From IMG/VR virus record IMGVR_UViG_3300021963_000025, positions 64,001 to 128,000 of that record: a DNA stretch of 64,000 nucleotides; one strand, 5' to 3'. The translations under genes were made by a program, and so were the position numbers. Numbering within the stretch: the first letter of the stretch is position 1; each line of letters opens with the position of its first letter. Origin of the DNA: a virus (Duplodnaviria; Heunggongvirae; Uroviricota; Caudoviricetes). The notes below the pieces were generated by a model that worked only from the letters and a program-made list of their open reading frames with translations, was not told the DNA's origin and searched no databases. Below are positions 25,757-34,700 of the stretch, piece after piece.

Positions 25757-25781
25757 GGTGTTTCTTTGTTTTAATTAGATA

Positions 25782-25814
25782 TGTAAATATAATACAATTC
25801 CATGAATCCGGAAA
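25782..25814 (-). promoter_or_regulatory. Bacteroidota-type early promoter
   Basis: TTTC-N19-TATATTTACA on the minus strand. Confidence 0.8.
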
Positions 25815-25850
25815 CTTTAAAGTGTTAAATTTATGTTAAAATTTCACATA

Positions 25851-25875
25851 AAAAAAGGGACCTTTCGGTCCCTCT
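25851..25875 (-). terminator. Rho-independent terminator (minus strand)
   Basis: Minus strand reads agagggac-cgaaag-gtccc-tttttt. Confidence 0.75.
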
Positions 25876-25895
25876 ATCCGTCATGCAAACGGTGA

Positions 25896-27032
25896 TTAGT
25901 TCAATAATGAACCAGTACGTACTAATTCTCTACCTCCAAAAAGGTCTGGCATAGTATTTTCGTGGTCAAATGATTTTTTACCGAATAGATTACCAGATTT
26001 AACCATTAGGTCAGATGCATTATAGTCTTGCATGTTGGTATCGATAATACCAGCTCCATGGGTTGCAAAGTGAGTAACACCATTGATAACATCCCATACA
26101 GAAGTATTAGATTTAGCATGTTTCATTTGGTTACTATTTAAGGATTCGAAACCTGCTTTGTAGAACATGTTCATGTTTTCAGCTAAAGGAATCCAGTTAT
26201 CAGCTCTTTCTCCAGCGAATGGTTCAATAAGGTTATGTGCAAATTGTAATTCGTTTAAGGAAGCAGGAGTGTTATGAGCAGCTCTTACACGGTCAGCAAA
26301 TCCAGTAGGTGCAAAGTTATTCTTACGTAATTCGTTCATGTTTTCGAAGAACTTTTCCATAGAACCTTGGTCCAAAGAATTAAGAGTATAAGCCTCTTGT
26401 GCCATAGGAGCAGTTAAACCGTTAGTACACCATTGACGATTAATGTAAGGTAGTACTTGGAAACCATCTTTAGGTGAGTTTTGGAAAGTAACTCCTCCAG
26501 TAAATACCTCATTTGATAAACCTTGTACTGCAAAGTTAGCATTTGGGTTAAATGCATTAATAGTTACAATACCAGTTCCTGGGTCTACTGACCAGTTTGT
26601 TACGTCCATTCCGTGGTTATCGATGATGTTTTCAGCAACTCCCATGAATTGTTGATTAGATATACCAAATTGGTCTTTCTTAGTGATAGCCACTACCGAT
26701 TTACTAATAGGGTTAAGTACCAGTGTTACTTCAGAAAGTTTACCACTATTAGATGCCATTGCATTTTTCATAGTGTTGATAAACTGAGATTTAGCCTCTT
26801 TAGTAAAAAGAGATTCGAATTTCTGAGCGAATTGGTTTGACATCCCTAATAAACCTAAAAGGTTTTTGAATGCGTTCTTAGTCAAATTGATTTTTTGACC
26901 GTTATATTCGATAGATTCTCCATCAATCAAATTGATATCGCGGAAAGGTACTACTTTACGTAAGTTTTGAGCTTCTAAAGTAGCTACTTTGCGTTGTTCG
27001 ATTAATGAGCTAGAAAGTGTTTGAATTGCCAT
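25896..27032 (-). CDS. DUF932/DUF945-like protein
   Basis: GVTFQNSPKDG...YINRQWCTNG fits the NS..G...R.vC.NG pattern. Confidence 0.55.
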   Translation of the reverse strand: MAIQTLSSSLIEQRKVATLEAQNLRKVVPFRDINLIDGESIEYNGQKINLTKNAFKNLLGLLGMSNQFAQKFESLFTKEAKSQFINTMKNAMASNSGKLSEVTLVLNPISKSVVAITKKDQFGISNQQFMGVAENIIDNHGMDVTNWSVDPGTGIVTINAFNPNANFAVQGLSNEVFTGGVTFQNSPKDGFQVLPYINRQWCTNGLTAPMAQEAYTLNSLDQGSMEKFFENMNELRKNNFAPTGFADRVRAAHNTPASLNELQFAHNLIEPFAGERADNWIPLAENMNMFYKAGFESLNSNQMKHAKSNTSVWDVINGVTHFATHGAGIIDTNMQDYNASDLMVKSGNLFGKKSFDHENTMPDLFGGRELVRTGSLLN

Positions 27033-27081
27033 AGTTATAAGATTTTAGATTTATATATTAATTATTGATTTTGTTTCAAGA

Positions 27082-27276
27082 TTATTTGTTAACTTTTTCG
27101 AATGTACAGATTAATGACCCAGCGCCTATCATGAAGGCTACTAACATGGTAGCGGCTTCGTTAGCAGCACCAGCAAATGGTACAATAGATTGAAGAGTTC
27201 CAGTAGATATAGAATACGCTATAGCGAACGCGGATACGGCTACGATGGCTGGAAGGATGTTGATGGTGATTTTCAT
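27082..27276 (-). CDS. Small two-TM membrane protein
   Basis: Hydrophobic 64-aa ORF directly downstream of an early promoter. Confidence 0.65.
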   Translation of the reverse strand: MKITINILPAIVAVSAFAIAYSISTGTLQSIVPFAGAANEAATMLVAFMIGAGSLICTFEKVNK

Positions 27277-27299
27277 AAGTACATTGTTTAAATTAGATA

Positions 27300-27332
27300 T
27301 GTAAATATAATCAATAGTTTCAAATCCGGAAA
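27300..27332 (-). promoter_or_regulatory. Bacteroidota-type early promoter
   Basis: TTTC-N19-TATATTTACA; TTAACA repeat at 27340-27362. Confidence 0.8.
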
Positions 27333-27362
27333 CAAAAAAGTGTTAAAGTTTTGTTAAAGTTT

Positions 27363-27495
27363 CACCTAGTGCGGGCTCTTATTTCTATAAAGCAGGTCGG
27401 AGTCTACTCTTCCTCCCCTGGTTTAAAGGACCGCCCATGTCGAATCTTCCGATTCTTGGTGCTATACAGCCAATTATGTCATTTTGTTATTTTTC
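27363..27495 (-). ncRNA. Candidate small structured RNA
   Basis: Dedicated promoter (27499-27531) but no ORF over 17 codons; GC-richer; GAATC-GGAA-GATTC GNRA hairpin. Confidence 0.4.
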
Positions 27496-27498
27496 ATA

Positions 27499-27531
27499 TG
27501 TAAATATAATCAATTTCTATGAATCCGGAAA
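27499..27531 (-). promoter_or_regulatory. Bacteroidota-type early promoter
   Basis: TTTC-N19-TATATTTACA on the minus strand. Confidence 0.75.
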
Positions 27532-27597
27532 CAGCAGGCCCAAAAAGTTATTAACAATTTTCGGTCCAAACTTTAACAAAACTTTAACACTTCAGAT

Positions 27598-27630
27598 TTT
27601 ACCATGTCGCCAAAAATTGTTATTTTTACA
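27598..27630 (+). promoter_or_regulatory. Bacteroidota-type early promoter (divergent partner)
   Basis: TTTA-N19-TATTTTTACA; AAACTTTAACAAAACTTTAACAC at 27568-27590. Confidence 0.8.
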
Positions 27631-27655
27631 TATCTAATTTAAACAGTACACCATT

Positions 27656-28087
27656 ATGAAAAATCTAGTTAACATTGCCGGAATCAACACAGTAAACGTA
27701 TTAGGAGCCTATGCAAATACCAAAGGTAAATTCAGAATCATTACCAAATGTAGAGCGGGTTGGATGACCATAGTAGATGCTAGAGAAAACGATAACGAAT
27801 ATTACATGACCTACCCAGAAGCAATCATCGCTGGATATAAGAAAGGTGCCTTACAAACAGTTGAATTCCAACCAGAAGGATGGAACACTTATTTAACAGT
27901 ATTCGCCCGTAAAGGGAACAAAATCGTCTTAATAGATGAGGTTATCCTTGAACACCTAACAGTAGGTACTATCAACCAATTATTCTCAAATACAAATCTA
28001 TACAACCAAGCACAGTATAGTGCAGTAGGTGCTAAAACCTGGGCTGACCGTGCATTCGTTCCTTACCAAGTCCCAATGGAAGCATAA
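27656..28087 (+). CDS. Hypothetical early protein
   Basis: 143-aa ORF downstream of an early promoter. Confidence 0.7.
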   Translation: MKNLVNIAGINTVNVLGAYANTKGKFRIITKCRAGWMTIVDARENDNEYYMTYPEAIIAGYKKGALQTVEFQPEGWNTYLTVFARKGNKIVLIDEVILEHLTVGTINQLFSNTNLYNQAQYSAVGAKTWADRAFVPYQVPMEA

Positions 28088-28116
28088 TATATAGACTATA
28101 ACCAACACCCTATATT

Positions 28117-28251
28117 ATGAACAAACTGGAGCAAATAGCCGAATTACGCAACCAAATACTGGAGGCTAAACTAAAGGAACCAAACAATTTCCGTAAAATC
28201 CAAAAACTACAACAAGAGCTGGATAAACTATATGAAGATAAGTCTAACTAG
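28117..28251 (+). CDS. 44-aa coiled-coil peptide absent from the ORF track (MNKLEQIAELRNQ...)
   Basis: ATG 28117 to TAG 28251, overlapping the next start; heptad pattern. Confidence 0.5.
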   Translation: MNKLEQIAELRNQILEAKLKEPNNFRKIQKLQQELDKLYEDKSN

Positions 28252-28933
28252 TATAAGTATAGGGGACAGGGTAAATGCTGCAAAAACAGCACCATCCAAT
28301 ACCGATACCTCATCAATACCGGGCGAAATTAACCCGTCACCTGGGGATTCAACAACAGCCCCTATAGATGCTGGACAAATTAATAAGGCCGGAAGTGATG
28401 TTAACCAAAAGTCCCAAGAGGGTAATCGCGCAACAACTGATAGTGCACGTAAGACTCAAGGCCAAGAAGCGTCTAAGGTACAATATGAAAATCAACAAGT
28501 ATCAACAGATGACCAGGCACCAACTGCAGCAACCAAAGAGGAATTAGCAAACACTCCACCGCCAAAATCTAAGGGGTTCAAAGAATCTCTTATAGACCAA
28601 CAAATGGCAAGTATGATGGGTGATAAAACAGGAGGTGACCATCCAGCACCAGATAGGGATTATGGACATGATAATGGAAATCCAAATGAATACGTAAAAC
28701 CTCAACCAGAATCAGAACCCATAAGAAGGAATAAAATGGACCCTTATGATAATAGCGGTAATAAGGTAAAGGAACCTCAGAAATTCCCTATAACAAGTTT
28801 TGATAAGGAAAATGGTATGGAACCTTATAAGGCACCAGATCAAAACTTTGGTCCTGCCTATAAATCAAAAAATCTATCTGCCCCTAAGATAGCATTCAAA
28901 TCTCCCCGTATCAATACTCCCCGATTTAAGTAG
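28232..28933 (+). CDS. Hypothetical low-complexity, probably disordered protein
   Basis: Rich in P/Q/T/D/K, few hydrophobic residues; basic C-terminus. Confidence 0.6.
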   Translation: MKISLTSISIGDRVNAAKTAPSNTDTSSIPGEINPSPGDSTTAPIDAGQINKAGSDVNQKSQEGNRATTDSARKTQGQEASKVQYENQQVSTDDQAPTAATKEELANTPPPKSKGFKESLIDQQMASMMGDKTGGDHPAPDRDYGHDNGNPNEYVKPQPESEPIRRNKMDPYDNSGNKVKEPQKFPITSFDKENGMEPYKAPDQNFGPAYKSKNLSAPKIAFKSPRINTPRFK

Positions 28934-28937
28934 CCAG

Positions 28938-29232
28938 GATCAATGCCCGGCAAGTTGCCCCGGATCAATGCCCGGGATCAATGTACCAGGCAATGTCCCG
29001 GATCAATGTATTTCAATGCCCGGGCTCAATATATTCAATGTATTTCAATGCCCGGTGCAATAAATCAATGACCCAGGACAACATTTCAATCGGTATCAAT
29101 GTTTTCAATGAGGACTCAATAATTGCAATATGTGCTATAGGTCAATATGTTGTACTACCTGCATTGAACCTATCAACAGTTGTCACCTGCGCAATAATTC
29201 AATGCCTGCACAATGCAGGTCAATGCAGGTAG
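28938..29232 (+). repeat. Non-coding degenerate TCAATG / TCAATGCCCGG repeat cluster
   Basis: About a dozen TCAATG copies plus many CAAT, irregularly spaced, nearly all on one strand. Confidence 0.8.
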
Positions 29233-30422
29233 TTAACCTACAGTAATACCAATAATATCATCAGATGCAAGTAGGACTACAGGTGCATAGGGTCCTATAG
29301 GACTATTGACCCTTAACACGGTGGGCCAGGTCTGCTGGGTGCATTGAGTCCCCTGGGGAGTTGCTATAGCGGCCAGGTCTATGATTTTTCAAAGGGCTCC
29401 AGGGGAGCAGAGCATGGCCTTCCATCACTCTCAGTACTTCCTAACTAATATTGACCTATTGAAAAATGTGTTTCAAATATGTCAACGAATTATCCCTGGC
29501 CGGAAATAGTGCCCTCCGAGCATTGACCGACCCAATGGTCCTCAAATGGTCCTCCGATGGTAGCCAATGGTCCAACTGGGACCCTATAAGCGCTCAATGT
29601 TGCCCAGACCGAAAAAATTACCCGGTTCCGGAGTGGCCAAAAGACCAATTGCGACCGATAGAATCGTTACCACCGTTACAAGAAAACCCTAAGGACTATA
29701 ATTAACCAATAAGAGGGTACTCAATTCCCTATGGTTGGCTCAGATTGACCTGAGAGTACAGTGAAATACTTAGAGAATCTTGAAACTAAATGGTCCTATG
29801 AGAATATAAGAGATGTCCATGTCTCAAAGGTGAAAGGTAGGGCCATTCACCGAACTCTCACCTCTCTGAGGTACTCCAAGCCTTCAAAGGTCCTCAAAGG
29901 TCCCAAAAATATTCCAGTAGAAAAAAATAAATTGATCCCTATCCAAATAGTCCCAAAGGGGGCGGGGTGGGGGCGTGCTTAAGGGTTCTATTAGCGCTAT
30001 GTATATTATAGTATACAAAAGGTTGAATTGGTATTGATAATGTATATTATAGTATACAAAATCCGTTATTAATAAGAGGGATAGGAGGGACACACCCACT
30101 CTGATACTCGATAGGGGGAATCAGAAACATGTGACGACCAATAGTCCAATAGGTACTGTGTCAGGCACGAAGTGTACTTTGAGGGCTAGGATTGGTCCGC
30201 CCAATGGTTCTCAATGTACTTCAAAGAACCTCAACGGTTCAATCGTTCTGGTAGATTTTTTCCATTTTTTCGTGATTGAAACCCAAATTTTCCCACACCT
30301 ATTGGAGGGTGCACTTGGGTAGGGAATTACAGAAATAAAAATTTTCATCGAACCCAAAGAATCTTCAAGTCTACCCTGAAACAAATGGGAATTACTCAAT
30401 ATAAATCTAAAATAAGAATACT

Positions 30423-30632
30423 ATGTGGAAAACTAAAGAAACTGAAGTTAAAGGCCGTAAGGTCGTATCGATGATTTGTCAGAACTCCGAACCGGATAGG
30501 AGTAAATGGGCAGAATTTGCGCCTGAAGAGGGACCATGCGAGAACTGGACTGTTGTAGGAGCCGAGGCTACCGCATCACTTTGTCCTGAATGCGTCCAGC
30601 GTTCGGTTAATATTCGTATTCCTAACCAGTAA
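30423..30632 (+). CDS. Hypothetical small Cys-containing protein
   Basis: 69 aa with C..C..CPEC, possibly Zn-binding. Confidence 0.6.
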   Translation: MWKTKETEVKGRKVVSMICQNSEPDRSKWAEFAPEEGPCENWTVVGAEATASLCPECVQRSVNIRIPNQ

Positions 30633-30721
30633 CAGGGAACCGCGCATATTATGTTATTATAAGGATTAGGGTGTACAATGGGTTTGGGTTTTCAAATATA
30701 TAAAGAAAAACCCAATACAAT

Positions 30722-31069
30722 ATGGAAGTTACATTTTGGCCTATGCTAAGAGACGGAATTATCAAATTCTTCTCTGATATGAAATTCTTTTTTACGAAAG
30801 ATTTTATCAAACAAAACTACTACAAACATTTTTTATATTCTCTAGTCTTAACCATTCCATCGATTTGGTTCATGTATGAATATATGCACCTTAAAGATAC
30901 TGGAATTGGATTTACGGTTTTTATTGCCGGATTCGGGGCAAAAGCGGTAAACTTTGTACGCGAATGGTATTATGGAATTAAATACAAAGCACCATGGAGC
31001 GACGAAGATATTAACTTTGGTACTTATGGTGGAATCATCGGTGGTATTATCGCCGCATTAATATTTTAA
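30722..31069 (+). CDS. Membrane protein
   Basis: Several hydrophobic segments. Confidence 0.65.
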   Translation: MEVTFWPMLRDGIIKFFSDMKFFFTKDFIKQNYYKHFLYSLVLTIPSIWFMYEYMHLKDTGIGFTVFIAGFGAKAVNFVREWYYGIKYKAPWSDEDINFGTYGGIIGGIIAALIF

Positions 31070-31075
31070 CCGGTC

Positions 31076-31426
31076 ATGAGAAAGTTTTTAGTAAAACATT
31101 TTGTACTTGATTATACTGCAAATATATTTGGATGGCAGTATAATGCACCTAGAGCAAGTCGAATCATATTCCCATTAATGGTATTATCGGGATGGTTTTC
31201 AACTACCAATCCTGACTGGCCTACCCCAACACCGCTAGTTTGGGTTTTATATTCTCTATTGGCAACATCCCTATTTTTTGGATTTGTCTATTTTAGATTC
31301 TACCCTGCAAAATGGGAAGAACTTGATAAGTTTCAGAAATTCCAATATGGAGTTTTTAAACAAGAGGAATTATCTCTAGAACAGTTTGAGGAATGGAAGC
31401 GAATATTTGAGGAATTAGATATTTAA
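31076..31426 (+). CDS. Membrane protein
   Basis: Two hydrophobic helices. Confidence 0.65.
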   Translation: MRKFLVKHFVLDYTANIFGWQYNAPRASRIIFPLMVLSGWFSTTNPDWPTPTPLVWVLYSLLATSLFFGFVYFRFYPAKWEELDKFQKFQYGVFKQEELSLEQFEEWKRIFEELDI

Positions 31427-31447
31427 TTTTAACATATTATTATGATT

Positions 31448-31474
31448 AAGCTGGCTAAAAGGTCAGCTTTTTTT
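31448..31474 (+). terminator. Rho-independent terminator
   Basis: aagctggc...gtcagctt followed by a T-tract. Confidence 0.65.
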
Positions 31475-31546
31475 ATGCTTATAAATATAGGAACGCACGA
31501 AACAAACCTCAATTTTTCTATAAAATAATAAATTAATCTACACAAT

Positions 31547-33517
31547 ATGACCAAGAAGACAAATACTCCTTTCATTGACCAATTCGGAGAGGACTTAACC
31601 AAACTAGCGATGGATGGGAAACTTGACCCTATCATCGGAAGAGAAAAGGAAGTATATAGAATATGCCAAATCCTTTCTCGTAGAAAGAAAAACAACCCAA
31701 TTATTTTAGGGGATCCTGGTGTTGGTAAAACTGCACTAGTTGAGGCAATTGCCCAAAGAATTGTCGAAAAGAAAGTTGCAATGACTCTTCTTAATAAACG
31801 AATAATCGCCCTGAATATTGCAAACGTGGTAGCAGGTACAAAATACCGCGGAGAATTCGAAGAGCGAATGAAAAACATCGTCGATGAACTTAAAGAAAAC
31901 CCAGACGTTATTGTGTTTATTGATGAGATTCACACGATTGTAGGAGCTGGTGGTGTAAGTGGTTCATTAGACGCTAGTAACATCTTAAAGCCAGCATTGG
32001 CAAGAGGACAAGTACAATGTATTGGTGCCACAACAATCGATGAGTACCGTGAAAATATTGAAACAGATGGGGCTCTTACCCGAAGATTCCAAGAAATCTT
32101 TATAGACCCACCATCTCTTGATGATGCAATTGAAATCCTGGATAGAATCAAACCGAACTACGAAGACTTCCATTCAGTATCATATACACCTGAAGCAATC
32201 AAAGCATGCGTAATGCTATCTGACCGATACATCACTCAACGAGAATTACCGGATAAAGCAATTGACATTATGGACGAGGCAGGTGCAAAAGTCCACCTTA
32301 AAGAGGTTAAAATTCCGGAAATCATTAAAAAACTTGAAATCGAGGCTGACACTTTAAAATCTCAAAAATTGAAAGCTGCCGACGCGACTGATTATGAAAA
32401 AGCCGGTAAATTCAGAGACCTTGAAATTAGCAAACGAGAAGATATAACAAAAAGAACCAAAGAATGGGAGGAGACGCTTAGACTAAATAAGAAAGCAGTA
32501 ACTTATGAAGATATTGCTGAAGTAATTTCAGAATCTACTGGAATTCCGGTAACAAGAATGACCGACGATGAAAGTAGAATTGTTATCGACATGGAAAACG
32601 AATTAAAATCTATGATTATTGGACAAGATACTGCGGTTGAAGGTCTATGTAGAGTTATTAAAAGAAGTCGAACTGGTGTAAGTTCATCTAAAAAACCTAT
32701 CGGTTCATTTATGTTTATTGGACCTACTGGAGTTGGTAAAACTGAAACTGTTAAAGCACTTTCCGAATATTACTTCGGAAGCGAGGATTCTCTAATTAGA
32801 ATCGACATGTCAGAATACCAAGAAAAGTTTAATGTAAGTAGACTTATTGGTTCTCCTCCGGGATATGAAGGACATGAGGATGGTGGACAGTTAACCGAAC
32901 AAGTTAGACGTAAACCATATTCTGTAGTTCTATTTGATGAGGTTGAAAAAGCCCACCCAGATATTTTCAACATATTGTTACAAGTTTTAGACGAGGGTCG
33001 TTTAACCGATACTCTTGGTAGAACTATTGACTTTACGAATACTATCATTATTATGACTAGTAACGTTGGAGCAAAACGAGTTGCAGAATTCGGAGCTGGA
33101 ATTGGATTCTCAAGTTCAAGTTCTACTGCTACCCATAAAATGCAAATGGAAACAGTTATTCGAAAAGAACTTAAAAACAAATTCGCACCGGAATTCTTAA
33201 ATAGACTTGACGAAATTGTATTGTTCGACGGACTAAAACAAGAAGATGTTGCTAAAATCGCCGAAATCGAAATCGAAAAGGTAATTGAGAGAATGGCTGA
33301 GCAGGATTATGTTATTAAAGTTGCAAAAACTGCGATAGTATTTTTGGCAGAGCGTGGATATGATGCCCAATATGGAGCTAGACCTCTTAAAAGAGCAATT
33401 CAAACATACGTCGAAGACTTATTAGCGGATTGTATATTATCTAAAGAGGTAGTTAAAGGAAGTAAAGCCTACACAATATCGCATAAAAAAGGAGATGAGA
33501 AACTTTCTGTTAAATAA
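31547..33517 (+). CDS. clpC: ClpC-like Hsp100 AAA+ ATPase lacking the N-terminal domain
   Basis: GDPGVGKT/IDEIH, GPTGVGKT/LFDEVEK, UVR-type M-domain DYEKAGKFRD, IGF loop GAGIGF. Confidence 0.9.
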   Translation: MTKKTNTPFIDQFGEDLTKLAMDGKLDPIIGREKEVYRICQILSRRKKNNPIILGDPGVGKTALVEAIAQRIVEKKVAMTLLNKRIIALNIANVVAGTKYRGEFEERMKNIVDELKENPDVIVFIDEIHTIVGAGGVSGSLDASNILKPALARGQVQCIGATTIDEYRENIETDGALTRRFQEIFIDPPSLDDAIEILDRIKPNYEDFHSVSYTPEAIKACVMLSDRYITQRELPDKAIDIMDEAGAKVHLKEVKIPEIIKKLEIEADTLKSQKLKAADATDYEKAGKFRDLEISKREDITKRTKEWEETLRLNKKAVTYEDIAEVISESTGIPVTRMTDDESRIVIDMENELKSMIIGQDTAVEGLCRVIKRSRTGVSSSKKPIGSFMFIGPTGVGKTETVKALSEYYFGSEDSLIRIDMSEYQEKFNVSRLIGSPPGYEGHEDGGQLTEQVRRKPYSVVLFDEVEKAHPDIFNILLQVLDEGRLTDTLGRTIDFTNTIIIMTSNVGAKRVAEFGAGIGFSSSSSTATHKMQMETVIRKELKNKFAPEFLNRLDEIVLFDGLKQEDVAKIAEIEIEKVIERMAEQDYVIKVAKTAIVFLAERGYDAQYGARPLKRAIQTYVEDLLADCILSKEVVKGSKAYTISHKKGDEKLSVK

Positions 33518-33543
33518 TCATATAATATAATAAAATTATAAAT

Positions 33544-34398
33544 ATGAAAACATTCTCACACCAATTCAAACATATCATTTCAGATATAAAAATTCACGGA
33601 GAGGTCTCTAAGCCAAGAGACCTCGAAGTTACCGAATTACTTTATGCCGGTTATCAAATTAATCCTAAAGAACCATTTGCTAATTTTAATAGCAGAGAGT
33701 TTAATTGGAAGTATTTTGCCGGTGAATTAGCATGGTACCTTAATAAAGATACCAACATTGATTACATTAATAATTTTTCTGGATTCTGGAAAAACATAAC
33801 AAATCCTGGAACAAACGAAATTAATTCAAATTACGGTTCTCTTCTTTTCGGAGAACAATTACAATGGGTAGTCGATTCTCTTAAAAAAGACAAGAACACT
33901 CGCCAAGCAATTGCTTTCTTAAATCAGCCAAAATATCAGTTTGAAGGTAACAAAGATTTTGTATGTACTATGTACCTAAACTTTTCAATCAGAAACAACA
34001 AGCTAGATATGAAAGTTCAAATGCGTTCTAATGATATATTTTATGGGCTTACATTCGATGCACCATTCTTTGCATTTGTCCATCAACATGTTTATCTTTG
34101 GTTAAAATCAACCTATCCTGAATTAGAACTTGGAGTATACCACCACTGGGCAGATAACATTCATTTTTACGAGAGACATTTTGAACTAGCCGAAAAAATT
34201 GTTAATGAGCCTCTCCATGAAAAACAATATTCAATGGAGTTAATTGAACCACTTTTCAATATTGAAAATGGAATAATGCATTTGACTTCTCACGGAATTT
34301 CGATGATAAATAATATAAACGATACGATAGATAACGTCTTGACTAAAGAAACATATATTAACATATTATCAGAATATCTTAATATAAGAGAACTATGA
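33544..34398 (+). CDS. Thymidylate synthase-fold enzyme, T4 gp42 dCMP hydroxymethylase-like
   Basis: EINSNYG, DFVCT, MRSNDIFYGLTFD (Asp where ThyA has Asn). Confidence 0.8.
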   Translation: MKTFSHQFKHIISDIKIHGEVSKPRDLEVTELLYAGYQINPKEPFANFNSREFNWKYFAGELAWYLNKDTNIDYINNFSGFWKNITNPGTNEINSNYGSLLFGEQLQWVVDSLKKDKNTRQAIAFLNQPKYQFEGNKDFVCTMYLNFSIRNNKLDMKVQMRSNDIFYGLTFDAPFFAFVHQHVYLWLKSTYPELELGVYHHWADNIHFYERHFELAEKIVNEPLHEKQYSMELIEPLFNIENGIMHLTSHGISMINNINDTIDNVLTKETYINILSEYLNIREL

Positions 34399-34700
34399 TT
34401 GAGTGCATGAAAACCAAACTAAATATTCCAGAATTCTATATAAATGGTAAGAATTTCGATTCGATTACGAACGATTGCGAATTCCATAATAGAATTGTCG
34501 ATTTTATCGAGATGAATATTGAAAACGAAACTGAAGATACTTTGCTTTGTTATTTTGTCCATGAAAACGGAGCTATACAATACGCAGATCTTCCAAAAAG
34601 CTCATATAAGCAATCAATACTAAAAAGCCTGGAATTCTATACATTCCATGAAAAGTACGAGAGATGCGCTCAAATTAAAAACCTATTAAAGAAATTATAA
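34395..34700 (+). CDS. Small protein with a C-terminal UVR-like motif
   Basis: Ends FHEKYERCAQIKNLLKKL. Confidence 0.65.
   Translation: MIECMKTKLNIPEFYINGKNFDSITNDCEFHNRIVDFIEMNIENETEDTLLCYFVHENGAIQYADLPKSSYKQSILKSLEFYTFHEKYERCAQIKNLLKKL

Noticed and set aside
27437-27637. ORF spanning the divergent promoters
   Set aside because: Lies across two promoters and their repeats; no upstream promoter or plausible product
28938-29232. CRISPR array
   Set aside because: Repeat units are 6-11 nt with irregular short gaps; there are no constant 25-40 nt repeats with unique spacers and no cas genes
28981-30399. Track ORFs at 28981, 29466, 29761, 29884, 30131 and 30211
   Set aside because: Non-ATG starts or repeat-derived sequence, no expression signals, and atypical composition
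33544-34398. Canonical ThyA
   Set aside because: Lacks the PCH motif and has Asp at the Asn specificity position; closer to gp42-type enzymes
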